DNA of 64,000 nt, taken from assembly GCA_036785375.1 (NCBI GenBank), contig JAWMAR010001358.1:62001-126000 (forward strand). Reading direction: 5' to 3'. Source of the DNA: Leucoraja ocellata (taxonomy: Eukaryota). A program made the translations under genes and the position numbers. The notes under the pieces are model-generated. The model saw only the letters and a program-made list of their open reading frames with translations, ran no database searches and was not told the origin of the DNA. Below, one piece after another: positions 1 to 14,400 of this stretch (position 1 is its first letter; the number at the start of each line of letters is the position of its first letter).

Positions 1-129
1 TCAAATCTGAGACTCCTCAACCTAACCTGAAACGTTCACCATTTCTTTCCACAGACGCCGCCTGGCCTGATGACAACAACTATTTGTTTTTATTATTTCA
101 TCTGCAGCTTTTAAAAATATATTTATTTT

Positions 130-2349
130 CATCAGCAGATTAAACTAGGCCTTGAGTTTGATGTGCACTTGGATCTCCAAGACTAAAGGAAATATTCTTG
201 TGGTGAAGAGTGTGGGGGTTGAGATTTGGAAATGTTAGCCATAAAGCTTACTTCCAACACCAGCTGACAGCAACAAGTCTTGAATAACCAATGGCAGTGC
301 AAGCCTTATGGATAAGTGAACATCATAAGCAATAAATGCCAAACTCCATGGCAATGTTATACAAAAGTTGTACAGGTCATACATTCAAAATAGTGAAAGT
401 TTAACCTCGATTTGCCACTGCTGGAAAAAGACTGGAAGCGGAGGTGAAAATGTGTGAGCACTTCAAGAATTAGATGGATGAAGATTTTCTTTGATTGGTA
501 AATTAAATAGGCAAGGGGCCTTTTGCATCTTATTCACCTTGAAAAATATCACTTCTGTATGTTAAGATTTAGAATTTACACATACAGGTCTCCTATTTCC
601 CCTCCATTCCTGTGCTCATGAAGGCACTATTTAAAATTATCTGAACAGCTACAGAAGTCACATTCAAATTAAATTGTTCCATTGGTCATCGCTGTATTTT
701 GGTCCTAACGTACAACTGATGTTACATTCTGATATTTCCACATTTAGTGTTCATTTCTAAAGTACTGTCACTGGGCTCGGTAACATGAAGCAAAACACTC
801 CAGAAGTTTAAGTAAAAAAAGACTGAATACTCATTCTCCCCACAGAAAGGAAAACTCAACACATTTGGAGGGAATATGCCTGAAAGAGTGAATTGATATT
901 AATCAGAGATGCTGGTGTGGATTGAAATGGCTTTTCTTTACTCCTTTTACACTTGCTCAGACTCACTGGAAATTTGGTATTTGCTACATCAGTCTAACTG
1001 ACTACTATTACTCTAGTAGTCCAGCTGACTACTATTGTGCACCCTCATATTGTATGAAGTTGAAGCACAAATCACCTCTACATGCACAGATCACTTTAAA
1101 CGAGGATCATCTCTATGGCACAACTTCAAAGATACTAACCCATTAAATATGCAGAATTTTCTTTAAATCACAATCTTTGGCTGATAAATCTGAAATGCAC
1201 TTCAAATGGGTCTACTGCAGCATTTAAGTTTCAGGAAGCTAGCTGATTGGGCTACTATAGAGCTGTGCTTGTATTTGGAGCAGCAATGGAAGAAAATGGG
1301 CTATGGAGAAATGTAACTAGAATATATTGGGAGAAAGTGCAGCAGTCCAACTACATCATAACAGAAAAAGATAGATTAAAGATTTTTGGCTGCAGTGTGG
1401 ATCACTATCCATTTTGATTGGGGTTAGATGTTCAAAATGTTAAATTCAAGCCTGAAGTACAATGATCTACACAATATTAATCCAGCTTTTCCTGCTAGGC
1501 TCATCATCTGTCATCATCACATATACAAATTAAAATGCAAAACATTAAATAGAAGAGGGGAGGGAGAATATCCTCTGGCTTTTATGTCAAAAATGTAAAT
1601 TAGTCCCATCACCTTTCAACCAACTCTTAATTAGGTTTAAATTAAAAGTTCTGGGGGGGGAGGTAGGAAATAAAGTGTTGTTAATGCAACAGTGAATAGG
1701 AAAGAAAGATTTAAAAAATATACATCCCTGAGAGAAAACAATTGAGTAGGTAGAGCTGATTGATGTATGTATGACTTCCATCGCCGATGCCAAAACAAAG
1801 TATGCTTTAGCCTATCACTAGTTTCAAAAACTATGAGCTAGTTGCTGCCTGAACACTCAAAGCTTGCACAAACAACCTTTGGAGTCTTATTCCTCAACAA
1901 ACAGAACAATGAGTAATACATTTACAAGATTTTTTCAACAATAATATTTCATTAAACATTAAATGTCAAATGGAATAAATTTTCTGCTTAAATAGTGCAC
2001 AAGCTGGTAGATGAAAATGTCTGATGCATCGGGATTTTGGAAGGCAACAGCATTTTCCAACAATGAATAAATCCTAAAAAAACCTTTCTCCCTTCTAAAC
2101 GTTTAGTGACAAGAGCAGCTGTAAATGCTGTATTCTTTCATAAATCATAGCTTCTGGTCCCACCATTATCTATATAAAATAGGAGTGTTTTTACAATTTG
2201 AAGAGCATAAATAACTGATATTATAAGGATAACTGTTGAGACAGTAGCTTGTGTGGAAGGCATGATTGTATATATAATGTCAATCTAGAATAGCATCTGC
2301 CGGTTTCCATTTCACATCTTGTACAGGAACTGCATTTGTTACCCGCGCA
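130..2349 (-). other. BAIAP2L1: Probable BAIAP2L1 3' UTR or downstream region (3' end not determined)
   Basis: Repeat-poor AT-rich sequence after the stop. The minus-strand AATAAA hexamers I found are at 122-127 and 88-93, inside a repeat fragment, so the poly(A) site is uncertain. Confidence 0.4.
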
Positions 2350-2422
2350 CTAAATCACGGGTGCCGATCTGTCATTTGTTACTGTTGGTCGGAGTTTTAC
2401 AGTTGCAAAAGGATTTCCTCCG
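2350..2422 (-). CDS. BAIAP2L1: BAIAP2L1 last coding exon 14: [23 protein letters not shown]
   Basis: Acceptor ttgttacag; WH2-like C-terminus; TAG at 2352-2350. Confidence 0.96.
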
Positions 2423-5400
2423 CTGTAACAAAAGAGAAAGTATGAGTATAAACAAGGAACCGCAGAGGGTGTTTTACAAAAAAAGACTGCTGGAGTAACC
2501 CAGCGGCTCAGTCAGGCAGCAAGAATGAGTGTTTCCACCATCACCATGGAAGACCGCAAACATCCGCACAATACCATCAGGTGAGGACAAATTAATTGTA
2601 TTTGGCCCCAATGTAAAATGACGCTATGTACCAAAAAAAGGGTTTTGCAAATATTAGGTGTCTGGATTTCAGTGTTATTATGTTATTTTTATGTCTACGT
2701 TTTTTGGCAGCTCCGTTCATGCAAGCAAAGGGAATTGCTCTGAAAGAGATATTCAGCAGAGAGTTTGCTCATATCATAGTGGATGCTTCTAGTTTTGTTT
2801 TATTCATTATATATGAGAAAATTCAAAGAGGTAGCAAAGCTTTTTCAAACTGTATGTTGTACGAAAACAAAGCTTACCAGGAACTGTTTCAAAGCAGCAA
2901 ACAATGTACAGTGGGAAACCACACTGATAACATGGCCAACAAAGCACTCCAACAGCTCTACGTTGTCCGAAGGTGGAGGAGATTATGCATGAAGATGGAC
3001 ACAAAGTGCTGGAGTAACTCAGCGGGTCAGGCGACATCTCTGGACAGAAAGGAAGGTTTCCTACCTGAAACGTCACCCATCCTTTCTTGCCAGAGATGCT
3101 GCCTGACTCTGAGTAACTCCAGCACTTTGTGTCTATCTTCGGTCAAAAACTGCATCTACAGTTCCTTCCTACACGGGAAATTCAGCATGTCCTTAATGAT
3201 TCTTACCAACAGATGCACCACAGAAAACATCCCATCTGGATGCATCACTGCTTGATATGACAACTGGTCGATTCAAGAACACAAGAAACTGCAGAGACCA
3301 ATGAAGGCTGCGGATCAATGAAGGCTGCCTCCACGCTATTCACTCCATCGAAAATTGTCACTGCCTTTGGAAAGCAGCTAACATAATCAAGGACCACTCC
3401 CACCCCAGTCATTCTCCCTTCCCCTGCTGGGCAGAGGATGCAAAAGCTTGAAAGCACGTTCCACCAGATTGAAGACTTTCGGTCCTGCTGTTATCAGAAT
3501 CTTGAACAGTCCTCTCAAACATCAAGAATTATTTATCTGTCAATCTACCTCGCTGCAGCCCTTGCACTTTTAAAACATACTAAAAATGTTTTTTTTACAG
3601 TTGAAAAAAACTAACGCGCTCCTGACATGGCTGCTGCCAGAGCAGCGCCCCCTACACGATGTAGATGAATGACGGGTAACATTTTGTACTACTATATCAT
3701 GACGCAAAGGAACTTTCCCATTAGAGAGAACCTAATACTTCCCTTGTCATTGACATTCAGCATATTTACCATTATCGATCCTTTACCATCAACCTCTTGG
3801 AGCCAAAAATACACCTGGAGCAGCCATATAAAAACTGGCTGCAAAAGCAAGTTAGAGGCGGGTTGTCCGGCAGTGACTGATTTGCCCCTCAGCACTTCAA
3901 ACTTCGTCCACCATAATTCGAGTGCTATTTGGTTTATTACTATTGTCACATGTACCAAGATACAGTGGACAAACTTTGTTTTGCATTACATTTAGGCAGA
4001 TTATACCTCTGGTATAATCAAGGTAATGCAAAAGAAAAAAATATGATGTAGCATGTGGCGTTACAGCTAGAGAGGGTGCGGATTTTTTTTTAATGTAAAA
4101 TTGTAAATTGTCCTGAGTGTGTAAGATAGTGCTAGTGGACGGGGTGATTGGTGGTCAGTACTGACATGGTGGGCTGAAGGGCCTGTTTCCGCACTGTATC
4201 TCTAAAGTAAAGTCTAAAGTCTGTGTTGGTTTGTTATATTGAGAGGTCCTGTAGTAATAAACAATAAAGCTATTTAAAAATACTTCTGTTATTTCCATGG
4301 GGGTTATACCCACTCTGCTTTCTTCCTGTTCAGTTATGTTGTGAAACAGGCTTGATTAGTTCAGTTGAAAGCAATGTTGGCACTGCATTTAACAGGTTAG
4401 TTAGAGCAAATCAAAATACACATTCAACACCCAGCAGGCCAGGCAGCATGCATGGAAAGAGAAATAGAACATTTCAAGTTGAATATCACTCAAAAGAACT
4501 AGAAAAGAGTAAAAGTTAGTTTTAAGTTGCAGAAAAGGTGGGGGAGGTCAAAGGGTTGGGATGGCTAGGTCAAAGGGACTATTTAACAAGGGGGATGTGG
4601 GCCAAACGCAGGCAAATGGGACTAGCTTACATGAGGTATCTTGGTTGGCATTCACAAATTGGGCCAAAAGGCCAGTTTCTGTGTTGTATGATTCTGTCTC
4701 TCTCTATCTTGTTAGATTTTGGCTAGGGTTGGTTTGGAGAGTGCAGGAACTAGGCAGAAAGGAGTGTGGGAACCGATGCCTTCAGATAGAATGGAGCACA
4801 GTAAACATCACCTGGTGAGCCAGATGCCAATCGTCAGGGAATTTCTGGGTGGTCAGCTAGCAGATATTTTAATGCACTGCATAAAGTAATCACTCATTCT
4901 ATATTTGTTTTCTCCAAAGAAGGGACACAGTGAATATCAAATGCTGCTGATTCAGTCTGCAGCGACAATCCCAAGCTTTTTGTTGCCTGTCGCTAACTCT
5001 CCATCCCATTCCCACTCTGACCCACACCATCTGTTGTAACAAAGCCCAAAGCAAGCTTGAGGACAGAACCTCATTGTCTGTCTGGGCACATACCAGTCAT
5101 AATACCGAATTCTCCATTTCAACCATCATTCTCTCTGCAACGTAAAAGTTCTTTTGATCTGAAACTTTAGTTAAAATTTTTTATTTTGAATCTTTGACTC
5201 TAATGCTTCCTGACCTGCCAGCATTGTGGCTTTGTGGTATATTTCTAGCATTTGATTTTCCTAATATGCTATTGTTGAGCACACGCTACTGGGAAGATTA
5301 TGAAGTTGTAGCAATATCTCTTACCTGAGGAAAGGTGGCTTCATAGTGCCATTCACTTCTGAACTCTGAAAGAAGGAAATGTAAATTTCATAATGCACAG

Positions 5401-8400
5401 GTAATAAAATATATTAAAATATCTAAGCTTAACTACATTAAATTTACCATTCAGGGTTTTCTGATCGTAATGCATTGTAGACATTGTACTGTGTTTATTC
5501 AGTAGAATCAATTTCAAAGTATATGTAGGCCATTCAGTACCAAGGTGAGAATACTTTCTGACTACAGTGAATTAATGGATTCAGAGTATATGCTAGACAA
5601 GGACTGACTTAAAAAAAACATTAACCAGAAAATGGCTGAATAGTCTAATTTCTGTTCCTAACTCAAATACATGGACTATGATCCTGTCAGGCAACCTTTG
5701 CTAAATTCCAACAAATTGTAAAATTATAGATCTTTCCATAAATTTATGTCCAGTTAAAAATATAATTATAATTTGACCATCTTTGCCAGTGGTGGGGAAA
5801 CTCTGATCTTAACCTACAGATAACTTTGATTTAACAATGGTTAATCACCAGGAAGCCCTCATATGTCAGCCATTTAGATGAAAATACATTGACCTGAAAC
5901 ATCAACTCTTGTTTCTCTCTATCACGAGCCGACAGACCTGCTGACTGTAGCCATTTCCATTTTTATTTCACATTTTCAGCATCTGCAGTTTTTGCTTTTC
6001 TAATCTAACAGAGCAGTGATAAGTAAAGTCAGATATAATTTAGAGGACATGCAATACATTTCTGTTACTCGTCCAGGTTTTTTCTTCCTTACTTTTCAAA
6101 AGTAGTATAAAACACTGCTTGAATGGATCCGCAATACATATTCTAAAGCTGACAGATCGGTTGGTGGTGATGGATGGGGCTAATTTACAGATTGGGAGAT
6201 ATTAGAATTTAGCATTTTTGGGTTGGAACTTTTTCTCCACGACTGAACCCAAGTGATAATCAGTATTTTTTTTAAAGTATAGAATATTTTAAAAATGAAC
6301 AAAATTAACACGTTCAAATTTAAAAACTGTTTTATTTTATTTGGACACTACATTTATCGGTGAAAGGGGATCAAGTTCCTTCCTGTCGCTTAAGAGGCTT
6401 AATGTTCCTGTCATGCAATACAAACCACAATCACACGATGGCAGTATTTAGTCAGAAAATTGGCACAGAGATCAGCTGTTCCCAATAAACCGATTCTCTA
6501 AACTTTATTTTAGAGATACAGCGCGGAAACAGGCCCATCGACCCACTGAGTCCGCACCGACCAGCGATCACCCCGTACACTAATACTAACCCACGCACAC
6601 TAGGGACAATTTTACAACTTGCCAAAGCCAATTAACCTCCAAAGCTGTACGTCTTTGGAGTATGTGAGGAAACCGGAGTACCTGGAGAAAACCCAAGCGG
6701 TCACAGGGAGAACGTACAAACTACATACAGACAGCACCCGTAGTCAGGATCAAACCCAGGAATCTGGCGCTGTCAGACCACAACTGTACCGCTACGCCAC
6801 CCAATTCCTTAACTGTGAAATTTGATGTAGGGTCTCGACCCGAAGTGCCACCTATTCCTTTTCTCCAGAGATGCTGCCTGACCCGCTGAGTCACTCCAGC
6901 ATTTTGTGTCTATCTTTCTTAACTATGAAATGTGGATACAAGGAACTGTAGATGCTGATTTATAAAAACATTGTCCTTAACTATAAAACCATTTTTTTTT
7001 TTAAATGGTAGCATACTCGTAAGTTCCACCTTTCCACACCAATCTTAAAAAAAAAAAGCAAGTGCAGCAAAAAAGAGAGAAAGAAAAACACCAACACGAG
7101 AGAGAAACTAGCAGGCAATAGATCTAAAAAACAAATAAAAAATAAAGTTTACCCTGAACAAAAACGGAAAAAGGATCTAGTTGTTATGGTCCACATTGAC
7201 ACTAACAACACAAGCAGAACTGGGAAGGATATTTTGCAGAGGGATTACGAGTGGCTTGGGGCAAAATTGAAAAGCAGAACCATGAAGGTCATTACATAGC
7301 CACGTGCAAATTGGCTGAGGGTAAATAAGATTACAGAAGTTATGGCTCAATGGTTGGTGTGAGGGAAATGATTTCTGGCTCATGAGGTACTGAGGGAGGA
7401 TGAATAGAGCTGCACTGCTGGGATGAGTTTTATTTACACTGTGCTGAGAGTAATGTTATGGGAAATCGCATAACCAAGATCATAGACATAACTTCAAACT
7501 AACTGGGTAGAACGATTCAAGTAATGGGAAGTTTATGGAATTAAAACTAATTAAGTAATGAAGAGGCAAGTTAAAATCAAAGGGCAGAAAGTATGCAGCA
7601 GAAATGATATCCAAATAACTTTAAATTGTTAAAGTCAAAGCTCAAGATTCTTTATCTGAATACACTCAGCATTTGTAACAAGACAAATGAAGTAACAGCA
7701 CTAACAGAGATAAGTATAGGAGTCGGGACGTCACATTAGAGTTATTTAAGCCGTTGGCAGGAGCAAATTTGAAGTCCTGTGTGCACTCCAGGCGATCTTG
7801 CTACAGGAAGAATGTCATTAACTGGAAATGGTGCAAAAGAAGACTTGATGTTACCAAAGTTTTAAGGTTTGAGTTACAAGGATAGGCAAGGACTTAGCCT
7901 TTTTTCCTCTGGAACGTAGGAGGCTGAGGGGTGACCTTATAGATGTATACAAAATCACGAGATAAGGTGAATTACCCAGATAAGGTCCTTTACCCAGAGT
8001 AGGCGAATCTAAAATCAGAGGACATAGGATTAAGGTGAGAGGGGAAAGGTTTAAAAGGAATCTGAGGGTCAACTGTTTCCACACAGAGGGTGGTACGCTT
8101 ATGGAATGTGCTGCCAGAGAAAGTGGTAGAAGCAGGTACAATTACAACATTTAAAAGATACTTGAACAGGTATATGGATAGGAAAGGGTTCGGGATAGGG
8201 GCCAGTTCAGGCAAGTGGGACTAGCTCAGTCAGGCAACTTGTTCGGCATGGACGAGTTGGGCTGAAGGGCTTGTTTCATGCTGTACATGAATTTTACGTA
8301 TCTATATGTTAGATAGCTATTACAGGAATACAGTTGTGGGGTGACCAGAACTGGGAACTCAATATTCCAGATTTTTCAATGTTCCAATAGGCAACAACAG

Positions 8401-11400
8401 AAAGGAGGTGGGTGGCATTGTTAACCAAGGACGGAATTAGTGAAGAGGTGAGTTATGATATAGATGCAGTGAATTGTTATGTGGAATCAGAGGAGTGTAA
8501 ATAAAGGATAGCAGGTAAAGGCAGACTGGTGGGGGTGGTCTATAGCCCCCCAATGTGTTGCCTCATAATAGGTAGAAGTATAAATGGCATGTCAGAAGGG
8601 AACAGCAATTAACACAAGCAATTTTAATCTGCATATTAATTGGATTTATCAAACAATCAATTGCACCAGGTCTGTTTTTAGAGCAACAGTGTATATTATA
8701 CTCTGGAACAGGCTATTTTAGAGTTTGTCATGTGCAATGAGGTAGGATTAATGAGAGAGTTTGTAGTAATGTTTCTATGGGAGAAGTGATCCTATGAGAG
8801 AAATAAATATATATTGTTTGAGGGTGAATACCTTGGGTCCAACTCTAGTGTCCTCAACTTAAAGGCAATTACAAAGGTATGGAGAAAGAGCTATCTAAAA
8901 TATATTGGGGGTGAAAAGCAAAGGTGAGCAGTGGTAGATAGTTCATAATGCTCACCGGCAATTCATCCAAACCAGAAAGAGGGATTCAATTGGAAAGATG
9001 GCAAAAGATTAAATAAAAAATTAAAGCAAACAATAATAAAAGTTATTGGACTGGGAATAATTCAGGAAAAGCTGTTAATATGGAGGACAAAATGATTAAG
9101 TGTAAATTGACATGATATCAAAACAAGCAGCAAGACATATAGATATATAAAGATGAAGAGGATGGTTTAGATAAGTGTGGAATTCCTTAAGGGAGCGATT
9201 TGGGAATCAATAGCAGGAGCAAAGACTAGGCAGATAACTTAAGTGGAGGAGTACAGAGGAGATTCATCAGAATTATTTCTAGGATGAAGCTTTTCAGCAA
9301 CAAGGAGAGTGTAGAAAGGCTGAGTATGTTTTCTGTGGCATGGAGGGGATAAGGGGACATCGAATTGAGGTACACATATGGTGAAAAGTGAAGAGGGAGA
9401 TTGAAACCTGGAACCTGCCCAAGGAGATGGAAGAGGCAAGTTCTCTCAACATTTAACAATATTTAAATGAGGATGTGAAACAGCATGGCATAGAACGGCA
9501 GGCGGCCGAAAGGTAAAATTTAGTACATGGGGATTTGTAGGGTCTGCTTTTGTCCTTGTCAGTACATGGCCGACATGATGACCTTCCAGCATAACTGGTC
9601 AGCTGAGACAGGAAAGTTGTTTGCCTGAAATTGCTGAATTCATTGTTGAGAGCTGAAGGCTGTCTGATGGAACAAAATACTTTCCCTCGGGCTTTTGTTG
9701 TGATTTGGTTGAACAATGCAAGAGATGAAATGCAGGTCTCAGTAGAACTAGGAGGAGGAATTAAAGTAACATGGAAACCAGTGTGAATGGGTGATCGATG
9801 GTCAGCATGGTGGGCTGAAGGACCTGTTTCCATGCTGCATCTCTAAGCTCTAACATGAAACAGGAAGTTCAAGATCACCCCTGAAGACTAAAAGCAAGCA
9901 TTCTTCAATGCAGTTAACTGATCTGTGTTTGCTTTCTCCGCTGTGGAGAACAGAAGAGAGCACAATAAATTGTATGTGCAAATGAATTGAAATGCTGATT
10001 AATTGGGAAAATGTCCAAGATTTGGAACAGTGGGAAGGTGTTGCATCTCTTACGGTTGCATGGGAAGGGGAGTGACTGTTCATGGAGATAACAGAATGAA
10101 CCAAGGAGTTAAGGGGAAATAACAATTCAGAATACTGAAAAGGTTGGGGAAAGAAGGAGTGCTGACTGCCAGCTTCTTGTTGAAAGTGGTGGCAATAACA
10201 GAGTATGATCCATAGTATGTGGGGCTGGTGAGGTGGAAGATGAGGATGGAGAGAACTCCTGTTTTGCAGGTATGCATCGGTAGAGAAATCCATTCCTTGG
10301 GGATCTCGGTGCAGCAGGGGTTGCTCAAGGAATATACCATAGGAGATGATCTGGTGTTAGTGGTTGAGCGAAAAACAGCGATTTTTAGTGAATCGAAGAA
10401 AATCCCTACAACAATGTTTCTAATAAAATAGAATTTCTGGATTTCAGAGCCAACACAAAAAAGGGAACAATATTTCCACCATCAAAAAAATATCCCCACT
10501 CACAATAGTTTCCATCTTGTAAGCTAGGGGCACAAAATAAACTAGAGAATTTTTGTTCTTGATTATTATTGAGTATTGGTATTGGACGAAATGACCGCAT
10601 GTTTAAACAACAAGTTTGAAAACGAAACAGTTAACCAAAGGAGGTCTGAGAAGGTGAGAACTGTACTTCTAAAAACATACATCAATGAGTGACCTCCAGA
10701 AAGAGCAGGAAATTTTAACAAAACAATTTAATATGATATAGAAGTATGGGAACTGGCAAAAATATAGTTGTTTTCAATATATTATTATTCTTTAAATTAA
10801 AATCTTACAAAATGGAAAATATATTTTTGGAAGGAAAGCAAGGTCAAACTTTATACAAATTTGGTGTTAGATAGATTGTGTGTTTTTTCCACCCCAATAA
10901 CTCTCATGAAACGTCATGATAGTGCAGCAGATTATTTCAGATGATAAAAAATGCAGAATTTAATGCTTGGGGACATGAGCAACTGAGTATCTTGCCCCAT
11001 ACTCCATGCCTTCTAACATTAAACATTAACTAGTAGCCTTATAATATTGAAGAAATTGGTTCTCATTTCAGACAGAATCACTCATACACGTCACATGAAT
11101 CTTGTGTAGGGCTTCAAGCAAGCTACTGTGCCAAGCACTTCTTTCAATTGCAATAAATCCTTCATAGATTTAGAAAACAATTACAGGCAAAGGACATGCT
11201 GATCCAAATATCAAGACTCCAAGTTCCCAGCCTAATTTATCGCCGCCACTTAATGCACAAGTTGCAGTTTTACACATCGGCTTTTAACACCTTTTCAAGC
11301 ATTGCATTTTTTTTTGCATTAACTTCCTAGCATTTATATTATTAATTATAAATGCATCTCAAAACAATGCAAGGGAGAACCCAGTTCCAAAGATAGCTCA

Positions 11401-14400
11401 CAGGTGTGCACTAAAGCTTGGAAATGCATTAAAATATGTAAATTTTAATTTAGCTAAAGCAGTATGCTCAGGGCAACTACTCTTGGGGATCCTACTATTT
11501 ATGGCAATGTTATCAGAAGGCATTTCTAGGTCAGACTCAGCACAATCTAATTCTATATACCTTTCCTCATACTTCTCAGCTCATGCTTCAACGAAACACC
11601 TTCTAGACCAGTGAAAGATCCTGAATTTTGTACAGTAGTCATTCTTGGGCTTAATAGATGGACAAATCTTGTCATCTGCACCCCAAATCAACTAATCCCA
11701 AAGACTAGTTATTCACCACGCTACACTGGGTATCATTTTATATCAAATCCAAAAACAACTTAAATGGCTAAGTAAACATGAATTAGCATAGGATGAGTGG
11801 TGCAAATCAATTGAGATTTAATGCAGAAATGTAAGTTAGCAATATTTTCTGAATTATATATTTAAAACATAGAAAAGATTTCCCCCACTCCACGTCCCCG
11901 CCAGCCCTGGTCCTAAACTGAAAAATCACACAGATATTTAAAATATTTCTCGACAAATTCATTTTCAAAGCTGGTAATTTTCTCTTGTCAAAATTCACTT
12001 CACTTAAACAATTTTGCTTTTTTACCAGCATTTAGGAACTGTTCCTTACAATTAATACGCCCATTCTTCATTTGACCCTTTAAATAGATATGTCTACATG
12101 AACACCAGTATCATTTCAAATTAAAGTCTGCATCTTGTTAATGGAAAAAAAGTAAATATTCTGTTTATAAAAATTGCAAGTTAATATGACCACGGATCAA
12201 CTGGGAAAGTGATCCAAGAAACGACAGATGGAATTTAATTCTGACAAGTGTGAAATGTTGCACTTTGGAAAGTTAAACCAGGGCAAGATATGTACAGTAA
12301 ATAGCAAGGCATTGGAGAGAGTGTTTTTGAACAGAGAGTCAAAAGGTGCATGTACATAGATCCTTGAAAGCAGCAACACAGGTAGATAGGGTGGTGAAGG
12401 CGGTGTGTGGCATACATTATTTCATTGGTCAGGGCATTGGCAGCTTTATCCTGTAACTACACTGTGGATGGCTTGATTGTAAGCATGTACAGTCTTGTCA
12501 CTGACTGGATAGCATGCAATAAAAAGCTTTTCACAGTACTTCTTTACACGTGACTATAAACTAAAACTAAACTAAACATTGAGTACAAGCACAAGAGATT
12601 ACACTGGAATCTGTCGCAAAAAAAAGAGCAGCTGAAGGAACTCAGTGGATCAGGCAGCCTCCATAGAGGGAAATGGCCTTTTGACATTTTGGGTTGAGAC
12701 CTTTCATCTAGATTGCCAGACTGAGATGATCTTTTACTTTTATTAATTTATCATATACCATATTTTCAACCTCCAGTTTGAAAATAGCATGGATAACAAT
12801 CACTTGTTGCTTCGAATTATGAACAGTCAGCGTATAAAAGTTATTAAAAATGAACTAAAATTTTCCTATTTTCACTTTCTTTTTTTTTAAACAAATTGCA
12901 TGCAGTAAAGCAATATTGTCCAGGAACAGGTCTGCAACCCTCTGGGCAAGTGCGTGGTGCATGCTGATCTGAAGCAGCAAAACAAAACCAATCCTTTCAA
13001 GTGTAGGACTCGATCAGATAAGAACAATCACATTAATTCATAAGAATCACTTATTCATAAGAATTAATGGGGATTTATTTTGCTTTAATGAAATCAATGC
13101 TGAGCAAAGTCATTCACCATTGATTATCGTGAATTAATGACTAAATTCTCATGTGATTCCAAGTCTTGGAAGTAAAAAGATTATTTTTTCTGCCTCCTCC
13201 GTGTCAGCATGTTCAATGCGTTGGTCTCGTATTACGACTCACTGGATGTACGGGGAAGAGAATAACAAAGGCGATAAACTGATTACAAATACATCTTCAC
13301 AGATATTACTGAACAGGGTGCAGGCTTGATGGGCTGAGTGGCCTACTTTTGCTTTAATTTTCTTATATTCTGGATCTGCATTGAACACTAGAGAGCACGT
13401 ACATCAGTATTACTCCAGTGTTAATCCTCTCTAACTCTTGACTTTTGCAATTGTAAGCTAACTTTTGACCAATGCTGTATCAGCTCCATACTCCGCCTGG
13501 ATGGCTCAACACACCACACAAGGGTACACCACTCACAGAACCTAAGCATCACAGTTATCACAATCTGTGCACTCCACTTATTCCTTTAATTTGTTTCATT
13601 TTTTTTGCCACGGCCATCATTTCAAATTAAGATGCATTTAATTTTTTTTTTGCAGAGGATGGCGAATCTCCAGAATTCTCTATTCCAGAGGGTTGTGAAG
13701 GTCAGTTCATTATGAAAGTAAATGTAGGTAAGTTTGTGAAAGATCAGGGAATTGAGGGCTATGGGGAATTGGCACTGAAGACGAGCTGAGGCCTGCATGA
13801 TCATATTGAAGGTGCATGGTTGCTTAACCCTGCTCTATGTTCTTTTATTAACCTTGTCATAGATCAATATATTTGTTACATCCTCTGATTTTCGTTTTAT
13901 ATTTTGGTTCAAGGTTTGGCAGATTCTTCTCCCTGAAACAACCATTTAGTATTAATTTCTCGAGCCAATAAACTATTTTTTGATATCCATTTTCTTTAAA
14001 GGAATGGCACATTTGTATTCAAGTCAGGCCCATTTTCAAAATGTTACACCAGAAATCTGTACATCCTTTTGTACAAGTATAACAGGCAACAGTAAAAAAA
14101 ACCCATGGACAGAGAAAAGTAATTCTTCATAATTCATGCCCGGTTAGAACACAACATTCTTTGTACTTGGCCATGCGTTGAAGTTCCAAATGTTGATTTT
14201 ATCTTTGTTTACACTTGGATAACTGGGAACTAGCTGTTGTGTGAATACTTTCTCTAATATAAACTATGCATTTAACTCCAACCTTGGTTCATGGCAAAAA
14301 AATCAACCAGAAGGCGGGTATTTGGCAACTCTTGCCTGGACTATCATACAATGTATTTAGTGTCCATAACTTTCCTGTGAAGAGAATTTAAAAGATTCAT

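Noticed and set aside
1-2349. Tail-to-tail neighbour gene (BRI3 in mammals) on the plus strand
   Set aside because: Plus-strand AATAAA hexamers exist, but I recognise no coding exon.
2626-3255. Longest plus-strand ORF (209 aa)
   Set aside because: It runs through a fold-back PLE element and a Rex/Babar fragment within BAIAP2L1 intron 13, with no coherent domain.
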